DNA from: Malacoraja senta
Lineage: Eukaryota
Assembly: GCA_038087875.1 (NCBI GenBank)
Contig: CM075991.1
Span: 12,526,001 to 12,590,000 of the forward strand
Reading direction: 5' to 3'
Length of the DNA: 64,000 bases
Position numbers and translations under genes: made by a program. Of the stretch, positions 47,584 to 59,710 are shown piece after piece. Under the pieces are notes generated by a model. It searched no databases. It saw only the letters and a program-made list of their open reading frames with translations, and was not told where the DNA came from. How positions within the stretch are numbered: the first letter of the stretch is position 1; the number at the start of each line of letters is the position of its first letter.

Positions 47584-50370
47584 TCGTCTGAATGGATTTT
47601 AGCAAAATATTTGGCATGGCCCCATGATAGGCTGATCAAAGGAGATAGCAACACCTGGAATCCATGGGGAAGTGGCAGGAAACAAAAGCTGAAGTACCTA
47701 TCAGGATCTTCCACAGGGTTCAGTATTTTGTTGCTTTATTTTCAACAGATTTTATCAGTGGTTTAGACCTAATTGTAAGATAAAGAAGTTTGTAGGAGAT
47801 ACAAGAACTGGCTGATTAACAAGTGAGAATGGAATGCGTTAGATTGCAGGAGGAGATAGTCAGAAACTAAAAGGCAAATGGCAGTGAGTTAACGTACAGA
47901 GTGTAGTCAAACAAGGCAAGGGAATAGACAATAATTGGGCGGTATGGAGGAATAGAGATATCTTTGGGTCTTCATCCTCAAATTCTGGAAGGTAAAAGAG
48001 TTGATTGATATTTAAGATAACCTGTGGTAAATATTGTTGAAATATTATCTTTCCCTGACCTTTTTCTTCCGCACCCCACCTCACTGCAGTTTACCATGTT
48101 TCTTTGACCTTCCCCTCTGCCTCACAAGCCTGCCATCGTTTTCATTTCAATGACATTTTGAGCCCAGCGTGATGGTGAGCTGCTCTTTTGCCACTGTTGG
48201 CTTGCTCATTTGTCCAGCCTGGGAACCAGTCCTGGCTTGTTAGAACGGTCTTTTCTCTCTAGATGATTCCTGATCTGCTTGAGTGTTTCCAGCAGCTGTT
48301 GTGTTCTATCTCGATTGCAGCATTGTTTATTTTAACACTCCCTTTCTGTTTTTATTTCTGTCCATTTTACACACCTCAAGATTTCAGTGTATCTACCAAA
48401 CTTCCAGCAGCATGTTCCAGTCTATATTGAACAGAACCTTCTCTGCTTCTCCTGCTCTTCTCTCCCTCTTGCTCCTCTGACTGGCAAGTGGGTTTGGAAT
48501 TATGGCTACAGTTTAACTGATAAATGTTGTGTACATGGCAATTCCAATAAAGATGATTCTTAGTTTTATTGCCTCTGTTGGACTGCTATGTGGTAACCTA
48601 TCCAGCTGTTGCCTGTGGGCCAATACAGAATGGTAAAATGTGTACAAATAATGTACAGTTGTAGAATTTTCACCTTCCACTTGCACTTTGTCAGTAAAAT
48701 GCGTTGGACATTTGGAAGTTCTGTTATTAGCTATCTGTGCCTAATTCATTTTGTTAGTAAAATGCTATTGGGAATCTGAGAGTTCAGTTTTAACTGTTTG
48801 TGGCTAAATTTGTTCTCGCCTCTTGAAGGTGAATCTTGCCACACCTTTTGCACCGCTGTCCATTTGTTGTTTCAAGGTATGTTTTTTTGCTTCTGAATCA
48901 AGGGATCATTAAATTTATTCCCATGCTGCAAAAAGTGTTGCAGGTTATTGCGGAACCATGCATTGAATTGGCACAATGTTGTTGGGACAGCCAGCTCTTT
49001 ATCCAGGAATGGTATTTAGCGAGGTTGTGACTGCCCTGTGACAAACCACATTGCTGCTTTCACATGATTATTTATAGCCTTTGGTGCACGCTAAGAAAGA
49101 GATTGATCTCGCCTTTTAGAAATGAGCAGGAGATGCTGACCCAGGAGTAGTTGTAGATTTCCTCCTCCCTCTGCACCAAGCATTCTTTCTCAACTCTGAT
49201 CCTCAAAGAACAGGTCTCAATGCTTGTATTTTGACCCCTTGTTCTACATTCCCCAACCAGCAGAAGTAGTGACCATCTACATTTATGGTTCCCCTTATTA
49301 TATTGAACACATCAATTCTCTACTGAAAATTTTAAATTCCTAGCACTACAGTACTAGTTTTTTTCCCTCTGAAAATGTTACTATTTTTTAGTAAAAACAG
49401 AAAGTGCTGGAAATGTTTAAGCCAGGCTCATAAAGATCATTTTTCCAGAAACGTAATATAGCACAAATTGTCAGAGCATCTGAATACCTGCCAGTGATTG
49501 TGTTTCCCCTGTTTAACCTCAATTTCCAGCATTCAAATGTGTAGCCCTACAAGTACATTTTAAATGTGACAACCACCTCAATTAAGTTTCCTTCAGACAG
49601 AGGAATGGTTAATGTTCTAAGCCTTTCAATCAGAGCTGGGAATAACTAAAGGTAAACAGAATCAAAACAGGAGCATAAAAGGCAAGATATTCAAAAGATT
49701 GGCAGAAGACAAATAACAAAACAAATAATATTTCCGGTTAGCAAATCTAAAGGAAGTGAAAGTATAACACGAGACCATCATACAAAGCATTGACTGCACC
49801 TACATCTCACGCCGTCTCGGCAAGACACCAGCATTATCACGGTCCAGTCTCACCCTGGTCACTCCCTCTTCTCCCTTCTCCCAATCAGGCAAGAGGTACA
49901 GAAGTTTTAAAATGCATGCCTTCAGATTCGGAGACAGTTTATTCCCAGCTGTTATCATGCAACTGATCTGTCCTCCCTCAAAGGTACTGACATAAAATGA
50001 AGGTATGCTCATCTATTTTACGATACAATACGATAGAACTTTATTTATCCCAGGTGGGAAATTAATTTGCCAACAGTCATAAAAAAAAAAGCACGAAATA
50101 CATGAAACATGAAATTAATGTGACAGTGCGCTGTGGGCATTGGGTGTCCATTGAGAAAGGGTGAGTGGAAAGGCTTTGGGGATGTGCAAAGATTGAGGCG
50201 GTGGTGTGTTGGGGGAGGGGGGGAAGGGGAGTCGAGTCTCAGACTCAGAAGGGGGAAGAATCGTAAAGTATGATAGTATGTTTCATTTATAATATGAAAA
50301 GAAAGATGTGCTCATTTTCCAAACACGATATCCCAATATGAATGGCAGCAACTTGCTTTCCTGCCACTTG

Positions 50371-50595
50371 TGGCACGGTGGTGCAGCGGTAGAGTTGCTG
50401 CCTCACAGCGCCAGAGACCTGGGTTCGATCCTGACTACAGGTACTGTCTTTACAGAGTTTATACGTTCTCCTCATGACCGGCGTGGGTTTTCTCCGGGAT
50501 CTCCAGTTTCCTCCCACACTCCAAAAAAATGTATAGATATGTAGGTTAATTGGCTTGGTTTAATTGTAAATTATCTCTAGTGTGTGTAGGATATT
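50371..50595 (+). mobile_element. HE1/V-SINE-like SINE, 5' part (3' part resumes at ~51075-51145)
   Basis: Head GGCACGGTGGTGCAGCGGTAGAGTTGC, B box GGTTCGATCC; interrupted at gtaggata. Confidence 0.82.
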
Positions 50596-51074
50596 TTTTT
50601 ATTTTATTTATTTATCATTACACTTATGGGCGTCTTTCAAAGACTCTCAAGGACGCCTTGCAGATAAGCAGATTACAAAACATATAAGCAGAGTAAAAAA
50701 ATAAAAAATATAGTAGGGACATCAACAACATCACAATACACAAATTAAGGACAGAATTCATTCCAAAGGCATAAAAAAGAAAATCAGAAACACAATTTGA
50801 GGCAAGAGCAGCGGCAGCTAAACCGCGCCAGCGTCCACTCCCCTCCGACCGCCATCTTGAACACAGATTAACAAAGACACAGCACACAAAAATCACCCCC
50901 CCACAATGATTACCACTGTGGGGGAAGGCACAATGTCCAGTCCCCAACCCCAGTTCACCCAAAGTCAGGCCTAATGAGGCCTCCGCTATTGCCTCTACGG
51001 AGGCCCAATGTTCCTGGCCGATTTCACCGGGTGATGTTGCCCTGGCGTCGGGAGAGTCCTCACAGCGGCTGTAC
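50596..51074 (-). mobile_element. Non-autonomous retroelement with L2-like tail inserted into a SINE
   Basis: Body shared with 12449-12600; tail tgcaaggcgtccttgagagtctttgaaagacgcccataa plus A-rich end. Confidence 0.6.
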
Positions 51075-52167
51075 AGGATAATACAGCATTTGCTGGTCTG
51101 TGTGGACTGAAGGGTCTGTTTTCGCGCTGTACCTCTAAACTAAATAAAGCACAGGCCAAGTAAACACAACTTTCCACAAATGTAAAAATAATAATGATTT
51201 TAATACAGTTGCTAAAACAATAAATATTGGTCAATAGTTTGCTCTTTATAATATTGTTGTGGGATTTTGTGCGTGAGGGCAGGCAGCGCATAGTTTGTGT
51301 TTTATCCAAAAGTAGGTCAGCACTTCCTCGATACTGCAATGGTGTATCAACTTGGACTGGCACGTGAATATATATTCTGTAGTGAGTGCCAGCAAATGAG
51401 CCACTGTTTCATTATCAGTTTTTGCTGGGGCCCTGCATTATTCTTCAGTATCAATGGGGAGGGAGGGAGAACATTGGACAATGGGGACCCTGTGTGGGGG
51501 GGGGGGGGGGGGGGACAAATGGAGGGGTCTGCGTGCTTTGTAACTTTGTCAGCGCAGCTATTTGTACGCAAGCAAAGAATTTCACTGTGCTTTGTCACAT
51601 GTGACAAAGTATTCCATTCCATTCCAGTATCCTCTTTTGTATTTTCCAAAAAAGTATTTTTGCCCGTGCAAGTTACTTTTTGTAGCACTTGCAATGTACT
51701 GCTTGCTGTTTTTCCTCAGGGACTTGGGATGGGTGCGAGTCTTTGTTATATTGTATGTATGTAACTGCTTCCCTGTTTAATCATTCAAATTTTTTTTTGT
51801 ATTTGCCACTTGAAGTAAGCATTGAGTATTGCATTAAATTCTTTATTTCAAGTACCTCATTTACTGTTTTGTCTCTGAATAAATCCACTCCATTTATTTT
51901 AGACCTCTACTACATTTTATTTTGGGGTCACTATCATCTTGAAGTCCCCTTTGCCAAAATCCAGTGATGTGGCTCACAGCCAAGTACTTCCTACCAAGCC
52001 ATCTATTATCATCAATTTGAGGAGACCAGCTCCACTCAATGGACATGAATATTGCAAGCATGCCTCCAAATATGCTGTTGAATTTTTAAATGTCATTTTT
52101 ACTGTACACTAATTTGTGCTGTTTTGTTTGCTTTGCAGTGGGGCTGTGGTAAAATCAGGAAGTGAAA

Positions 52168-52389
52168 ATGCATCATTTAAGGACTTGTGCTGCTAAATTG
52201 AGGCCATTGACGGCCTCTCAGACTGTTAAAAATGTATCACACAGTGGAGCAGCAGTGTCTAGGACGTTTCAACAAGGGCGCTTTTATACTGCGCCAGTTG
52301 CTGCTGAACCCTTTCTGAGTGGGACTAGTTCGAACTATGTTGAGGAAATGTACTTTGCTTGGCTTGAAAACCCACAGAGTGTTCATAAG
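52168..52389 (+). CDS. OGDH: 2-oxoglutarate dehydrogenase E1, first coding exon (gene continues beyond the window)
   Basis: Acceptor tttgcAG at 52138; [74 protein letters not shown]; 222 nt; donor AAG|GTAAGC. Confidence 0.96.
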
Positions 52390-53079
52390 GTAAGCACAAG
52401 TGGAGGCAACCTATGTTCTACTGCCCTCGCCTCTTGCCAGTCTTCCGTAAGAGTGTTTCTGCTGCAAGGTAAGTGTTGGACCATCCACTGCAGCCTTGGA
52501 GCCATGGACAACTTCATCACTTTGCTGTTTTGCAAGACTTGGATTAATGGAGCACTGCCCTGAAGAGAAAACAACATTTTGCTACAGTAATTACGAATGA
52601 AGCAAAGGCTGCAGTTCACCCAGGATGGTGTTAAATGATTTTTGGAATTCACTTGCTGCTTATTCTATACTATCATAGTTCTGATTGCTGCCTTTTAACC
52701 CACCCAAGGTGGGGCAGAACCCAAATGTCTGAGGTGTGTTGTATGTCCGATTCCAACAATGTCATAAAATACTGCATGTGTCCAGAAAACTAGCTTTAGA
52801 TTCATAAACGGGTATAATTTAAACTTACACCATAAGAAACTTCCCAGTAGCCAAAGTTGTTTTTAATTTTACACTCGTCACCTGGAACTGCATAGTTGTC
52901 AGCTCGCCCGTTTTTTTTGCATGTATTGCAGTTTGCTGGGATGGCTATTTCAAGTTGGAGATTGGGATTGAGATGTGTCCCCTAATGTGCAGGGTAGAAT
53001 TACATCGTGAGTGGCATTTTCATTGCTGGCAAGTTCTCATAGCAGGAACTCGACTGCCCACAGAAAGATGACAACATGA

Positions 53080-53300
53080 AGAGGAATTTGTGGAATTCTC
53101 TGCCACAGAAGGCAGTAGAGGCCAATTCACTGGATGAATTTAAAAGAGAGTTAGATAGAGCTCTGGGGGCTAGCGGAATCAAGGGATATGGGGAGAACGC
53201 AGGCACAGGTTACTGATTGTGGATGATCAGCCACGATCACAATGAATGTTAGTGCTGGCTCGAAGGGCCAAATGGCCGCCTCCTGCACCTATTTTCTATG
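53080..53300 (+). mobile_element. CR1 LINE 3' fragment
   Basis: tggaattctctgccacagaagg...ctcgaagggcc...tattttctatg. Confidence 0.8.
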
Positions 53301-54364
53301 AAGTCTGCCACGATCACTTCCCGACACCGCACACAAGCATATTTTTAATTATTGGTTTTAATTTCCTTTCAGCTTTGCTGGGTACTTTTTCTGTTAATCT
53401 GTTGTATTTAGTGTGGTGTTAGGTGGTACATAGCACCAGCATGAATCTAAGGTAACATTGTCCTACTCCTACATTTGAGCATCAACCTATCTTGTTTGCT
53501 TGTGTCAAATATTTGTCTTGCAATTGTGAGGTTTAGCACTCTCCCCATTCAAATTTGTTCCTGCACTTGTGCATGCAGTAATTACATCTGCATGCTTTTT
53601 AAACAACACTGTTGAGTGGGGTTTAGGAATATTGGAATATTTTAAACCTGTAAAAAACAAAATAAGACAATACAGAATTTTACAAGTGTATGACAGCATT
53701 CACTGTGTTGACTTGCAGAAACTGCTATCTGATTTGTCCCATTCTGCATATTCCCAATTAACAGTATGCCAAAGGAATTTGCTAAATACACAAGTTTTAT
53801 TGACTCCTGCTTTTGTCATTCTCAAGGTGGAATCGTTCCTAGTAATTAGCTGTGTAATTTCTCACTTCCACATGAGGTTCTTTTGTTGATAACTCCAATG
53901 TAAAGCAACATTATTGGACCATTGTAATTAAAAAACAGTTTATCTTTATTTAATCCGTCAAAATCCCCCAAACATTTTCTAATTGTCCGAGGTTGCCTTT
54001 CCAAAGCAGAAACCGCAGGTTTTTTTTACATCACTAAAAACTTTAATCAGCTAGAAATCTTTCCAAACTCAGATCTTGGCCTCAAAATGGGATGTCTGGA
54101 ATTAATATTTCCACCTTGGCCTCATTAAGATGCCATGCATTCTAAGATCACTTCCTTGCTTTTGTGGTCTTTATAAAGCCACAGTTCCCATGTGTTTTTG
54201 TAACTATGTTCTCCCCCTGTGCCGCCTTCAGAAGTGTTCACCCCACACGTCATTCTTGCACTTTAAATATTGTACTGTTTATTTCATTTTGTATGTGTTC
54301 ATTCTGCCTACAACAATGAGTTGTTAAAATTGTATCCACCGGTCTCTCTTTCATGGCTATGTAC

Positions 54365-54448
54365 CTTTGGAATTTTAGTACACTTGAGTTACATGTTATC
54401 AGAGATCTTTGGCATTTTAGTACACTTGAGTTACATGTTATCAGAAAC
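54365..54448. repeat. 42-bp tandem duplication
   Basis: ctttgg(a/c)attttagtacacttgagttacatgttatcaga twice. Confidence 0.85.
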
Positions 54449-55484
54449 CTTTGTCCTGAGTTATTGAGTCATAGACTGCTCTGTGCCCAAGTCAAGGTGA
54501 GCTGCCAATCTAGTGTTGATGCATGAGGAGCATCATGAGAATGGCATTGCCTGGCACTCGTGGTACACAGGTTACTTGCTATCATCAACCCAGCCTGGAT
54601 AACAATATAGAGTCTGTATCTGATCAAGGGTTTAAACGGAAAGGACCTGAAGTAAACAGCATCTGTGAAGACTTGCAGTCCTTGACCCAAAGTATTATTT
54701 CCGAAAACTTCTGTTTTTACTTCTGATTTCCATTATCTGGTATTTTGATCTTAAACACTTCCTGATGAACCTGGGGAGGTGGGCCGTTGTGGGTGTTATG
54801 TTTTTAAATGGTTACAGGTAACTTTTGCCTGGAGCAAAACACAAAATCCTGAAGGAACTCTGGTCGTGCAGCATCTGTGGCGAGAATGGACAAGCGACAT
54901 TTTGGGTTGAGACCCTTGTCCAGACTGTCTGGAATTCTGTCTTGAAATGATTTGACTTTCAGCAATCACAACTATCATTTTGGGTCAGTTTGACTCGAGT
55001 TTAAAAAAATCAAATTTGATACCCTGGCCTTGGTATTTCCGGCTTGACAATGTGTGTAGCCGCGTGTTGGAATTACATACCTGGGGAGGGTTACAGAACT
55101 GGCTTGGACCCAGGTGACAGTCTTGACTCTCGGGTTGGATAATAGCCTAGATTTGGGAATTAATCATGACAGAATGAGAGAGCTATTGAGTTCAGGGTTT
55201 AGCAATAAAGGAACTTTAGTCTTTGATCGTAATCAAAAAGAGCAGTTAAGAAATTTGGCTGCCGCATTGTGAAATGTGAGGCCAGGGAATGAAGAAGCGG
55301 TGAAAAGAGGGGGATTAAAAACACTAAGATGCTGGAAATATGAAACTAAAAGCAGAAGATTATGGAAATACTCAGCAGGTCCGGCAGCAGTTGTGTAAAT
55401 AATCCGAGTTGATGTTTTGAGGCCAAAAGGATTTTTCCAACTGTGAAATAGAATGTTGTAGTTGTGGACAGCATGGAAGAATAG

Positions 55485-55812
55485 GTTATAGAGTTATATA
55501 GTGATACAGTGTGGAAGCTTGCCCACACTGGCTATCATGTCTCAGCTGCACTGGTCCCACTTGCCTGCGTTTGGCCTAAATCCCTCCAAACCTGTCCTAT
55601 CCATGTACATGTCTAACAGTTTCTTACTTCAATTACCCCCTCTGGCAGCTTGTTCCATACACCCACCACCCTTTTTGTGAAAATGTTACCCCTCAGATTC
55701 CTATTAAATCTTTTCCCCTTCACCTTAAACCTTGCTTCACCTTAACCTACTTGATTCACCTACTCTGGGCACTAAACTCTGTGCATCCACCAAATCTATT
55801 CCACTCATGATT
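55485..55812 (-). mobile_element. CR1 LINE 3' fragment (same subfamily as 23895-24443)
   Basis: Shared ctctggcagcttgttccatacacccaccaccc and cccctcagattcctattaaatc. Confidence 0.8.
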
Positions 55813-56099
55813 TCATAATATTCTTAGTAACTATGAACATCTGTAGATTGTTTCTCACCTAGTACATCTCTTAAACCCGGAAGGGGCGTCTCTTTAGACG
55901 ACTATACGAGGCATCTGCAAATTAAACACAAAATTCAATTTGTCAGGAATCGTACACTCCGACAAAGGAGCTTTTGTCAATTAATTATTCATTGGTCATT
56001 TTAATCATCCTGGACTAACCAGATCAGGTTGGGAAAGTGTTCCTAAAATACATTTAAGGTAGGTCCCTAAAATTATGTTGTGATCCCAATGATAGAAGA

Positions 56100-58575
56100 T
56101 GAAGGTAAATCATGTCTGACGAATCTTATAGAATTTTTCGAGGATGTAACTAGTAGAGTGGATAAGGGAGAACCAGTGGATGTGTTATATCTGGGCTTTC
56201 GACAAGGTCCCACATAAGAGATTAGTATGCAAACTTAAAGCACACGGTATTGGGGGTTCAGTATTGATGTGGGTAGGGAACTGGCTGGCAGACAGGAAGC
56301 AAAGTGTAGGAGTAAACGGGTCCTTTTCAGAATGGCAGGCAGTGACTAGTGGGGTACCGCAAGGCTGAGTGCTGGGACCCCAGCTATTTACAATATATAT
56401 TAATGATCTGAATGAGGGAATTAAATGCAACATCTCCAAGTTTGCGGATGACACGAAGCTGGGGGGGCAGTGTTAGCTGTGAGAAGGATGCTAGGAGGCT
56501 GCAAGGTGACTTAGATAGGTTGGGTGAGTGGGCAAATGCATGGCAGTTGCAGTATAATGTGGATACATGTGAGGTTATCCACTTTGGTGGCAAAAACAGG
56601 AAAGTTGACTATTATCTGAATGGTGGCCGATTAGGAAAAGGAGATGCAACGAGACCTGGCTGTCATGGTACACCAGTCATTGAAAGTAGGCATGCAGGTG
56701 CAGCAGGCAGTCAAGAAAGCGAATGGTATGTTAGCATTCATAGCAAAAGGATTTGAGTATAAGAGCATGGAGGTTCTACTGCAGTTGTACAGGGTCTTGG
56801 TGAGGCCACATCTGGAGTATTTTTTTTTTTTTTAATTTTTAATTTATTAGAAGTACATTACATTACAACCACGTACATTAGTACTCGTCACATATATCTT
56901 CGTACAATTAATGTACTCCGTTTGTTTTTTACACTAGTAAAGGGAAAGAATGAAATTGAGAGAAAGAAGAAAGTGAAGGAAAAAGTGAAAGTGTAGAAAA
57001 CGTGACAAGAAAGAACGAAGACCCTATAAGAACAAAATTAAAAACAAAAGAAAAAGAGTTAAGAAATAGACCCTAGAAAAGAAGAAGAAAGAGAAAGAGG
57101 GAAAAGAGAAAAACAAATAGTTTTTGTAAGCATCACGTAAATGGGACATACCAACTCTCCAACTTTCATCCCCCCTTACCTGACCTCAGTTTTTTTTTTT
57201 TAAGGTACTTTTGCACCCTATATTTGTAATAATTCTATAAATGCAGACCACGTCAGGTGGAAGTGATCTGGTTTACCTGCCAGGAGGAGTCTTATCTCTT
57301 CTAGGTGTAATGTTTCGAACATATTTGAAATCCACATGTTTATAGTTGGTATTGGAGCCTTTTTCCAAAATTTTAGGATTAGCTTTTTTCCAGTTATTAA
57401 CCCATAGTCTATTAGTTTCTTTTGGAACACATTTAGTTCTGGACCATCTTCCGTTATTCCGAAGATAATCCATTCTGCTTTGGGTATCAGTTTTATTTTA
57501 AATAATTTTGTAAAGATTTCAAAAATTTCAATCCAAACTTTTTGAATTTTTGTACAGAAAACAAATGTGTGCGCTATAGTAGCTTCTTGGGATTGACATT
57601 TATCACAAAGGGATGATACATTGGGGGAAATTTTATGGATTTTAGTTTTGGAATAATATAATCTATGTAAGATTTTAAATTGTATTAAAATGTGTCTTAC
57701 ATTAATCGAACATTTATGCACGTTTAATAAGTGTTCATTCCACCTTTCCTTTGAGATTTTAATAGCTAATTCTTGTTCCCAGTCTCTTCTGATACCCTCC
57801 GTAGATGGTATTTCTACATTTAAGATAATATTATACAAATATGATATTAAGTTTGCTGATTCAGCTTTTATCTGCATTGCATCATCCAATACATCTGCTG
57901 GGCTATTATAATGATCTTTTGTATATTTTTTCAAATAGTCGCATGCGACATCTGGAGTATTGCGTACAGTTCTGGTCTCCTAATCTGAGGAAAGACATTC
58001 TTGCCATAGAGGGAGTACAGAGAAGGTTCATCAGACTGATTCCTGGGATGGCAGGACTTTCATATGAAGAAAGACGATAGACTCGGCTTGTACTCGCTAG
58101 AATTTAGGAGATTGAGGGGGGATCTTATAGAAACTTACAAAATTCTTACGGGGTTGGACAGGCTAGATGCAGGAAGATTGTTCCCGATGTTGGGGAAGTC
58201 CAGGACAAGGGGTCACAGTTTAAGGATAAGGGGGGAGTCTTTTAGGACCGAGATGAGAAAATCATTTTTCACACAGAGTGGTGAATCTGTGGAATTCTCT
58301 GCCACAGAAGGTAGTTGAGGCCAGTTCATTGGCTATATTTAAGAGGGAGTTAGATGTGGCCCTTGTGGCTAAAGGGATCAGGTGGTATGGAAAGAAGGCA
58401 GGTACAGGATACTGAGTTGGATGATCAGCCATGATCATATTGAATGGCGGTACAGGCTCGAAGGGCCGAATGGCCTACTCCTGCACCTACTTTCTATGTA
58501 TCTATGTATCTATGATCATATTGAATGGGCTCGAAGGGCCGAATGGCCTACTCCTGCACCTATTTTCTATGTTTC
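56100..58575 (+). mobile_element. CR1-clade LINE (RT domain to 3' end) interrupted by an L1 insertion
   Basis: KSCLTNLIEFF, AFDKVPH, SGVPQG, KFADDTK, QRDL...VRPHLEY (56100-56820); resumes [11 protein letters not shown] at 57948; tail duplicated at 58510-58575. Confidence 0.92.
56821..57947 (-). mobile_element. L1-clade LINE, 5'-truncated, poly(A) tail, 13-14 bp TSD
   Basis: ORF 57218-57934 with LIQFKILHRLYY and CDKC...HTFVFC; ACATCTGGAGTAT(T) at 56808-56820 and 57948-57960. Confidence 0.92.
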
Positions 58576-59409
58576 TAAAAGATTCTTTTAGATTTGTTCA
58601 TGCACAAGGGGAGCAGAATTAATAAACTCGTAAAGGGAGTGGTGAAATAGTTTTATTTTATACCAGAAAAGGCAGTTGCCCAATCTCTGTACAGTTGGGA
58701 AACAAGATGAGTAATAGCAGACATTTAAAATAATTCTGTGAATATACATTGTGGCAAAAGGCAACAGAGGACGGCATTAATCTGTGGTGAGCTTGGATGG
58801 TTTGGGTTTAAACCAAAAGGCTTAAAGTTTTAAAACCAGAATAGTGAGCATGAAGACTTGAAGTTTAGAACCAACAAGGGTTGCCTTAAAGCAGAGTTTA
58901 CACATAGTTTTCTCCCTCTTCAGAATTCTTAAAATGGTGAGAATTTCATAAGGTCATGTAATAGGAGTAGAATTTCACTGTACCTTAATTGGTACGTGAC
59001 AATAAACTGGCCTTGAAACCTTGAATTGATCATGTTAATCTATGTAACTGCAATAATGTCCAAATAATTGTCCTTTATGTCTTAAAGTTCTGACTGATAA
59101 TACCTGTACTGTATGCTCATCGGTGCAGATATTGCATTCCCCAATTGAATGGCGTGCAATGCGTGCTATTCTGTTGCACGCATGAGTACATTCCTAAACT
59201 CTGCTCATCGCATTTACACATCATCCTTGTGCTTGTCACTGACATTTGTTCCCAGTAGCGCAGCATCAATATTACAATCTTGCCTCTTTAAATGTATGCA
59301 GGAGCTTGTCCCACCCTGATCTCTTCATTTCCTACAATCATTGAATCCAACACAATCTGTTTGCAATTTGGGATTCTTGTGTCTGCATAAAGAGTTCAAG
59401 AGAAGAAGC

Positions 59410-59710
59410 GTTCAAGAGACATTTATTATCACATGCACCAATTGGTGCAGTGAGATTTGAATTACCATACAGCCATACAAATAAAGATAACACAATACAT
59501 GATAGAATTAAACATAAACATCCCCACACAGCAGAATCAACGTTTCTCACTGTGAGGGAAGGCAATAAAGTTCAGTCCTCATCCTCATTGTTCACCCGTG
59601 GTCGGGGCCTTTGAGTCCTCCGCTACGGGCGGCCCGATGTTTCAGGCCCTCTCGCCGGGATGATCGTAGCTCCGGCGTCGGAACGGAGAACACTCAGCGG
59701 TTTGGAGTTC
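59410..59710 (-). mobile_element. Non-autonomous retroelement with Rex1-like tail
   Basis: Body gccttccctcacagtg...gtggggatgtttatg shared with 12449-12695; tail ctcactgcaccaattggtgcatgtgataataaa. Confidence 0.55.
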
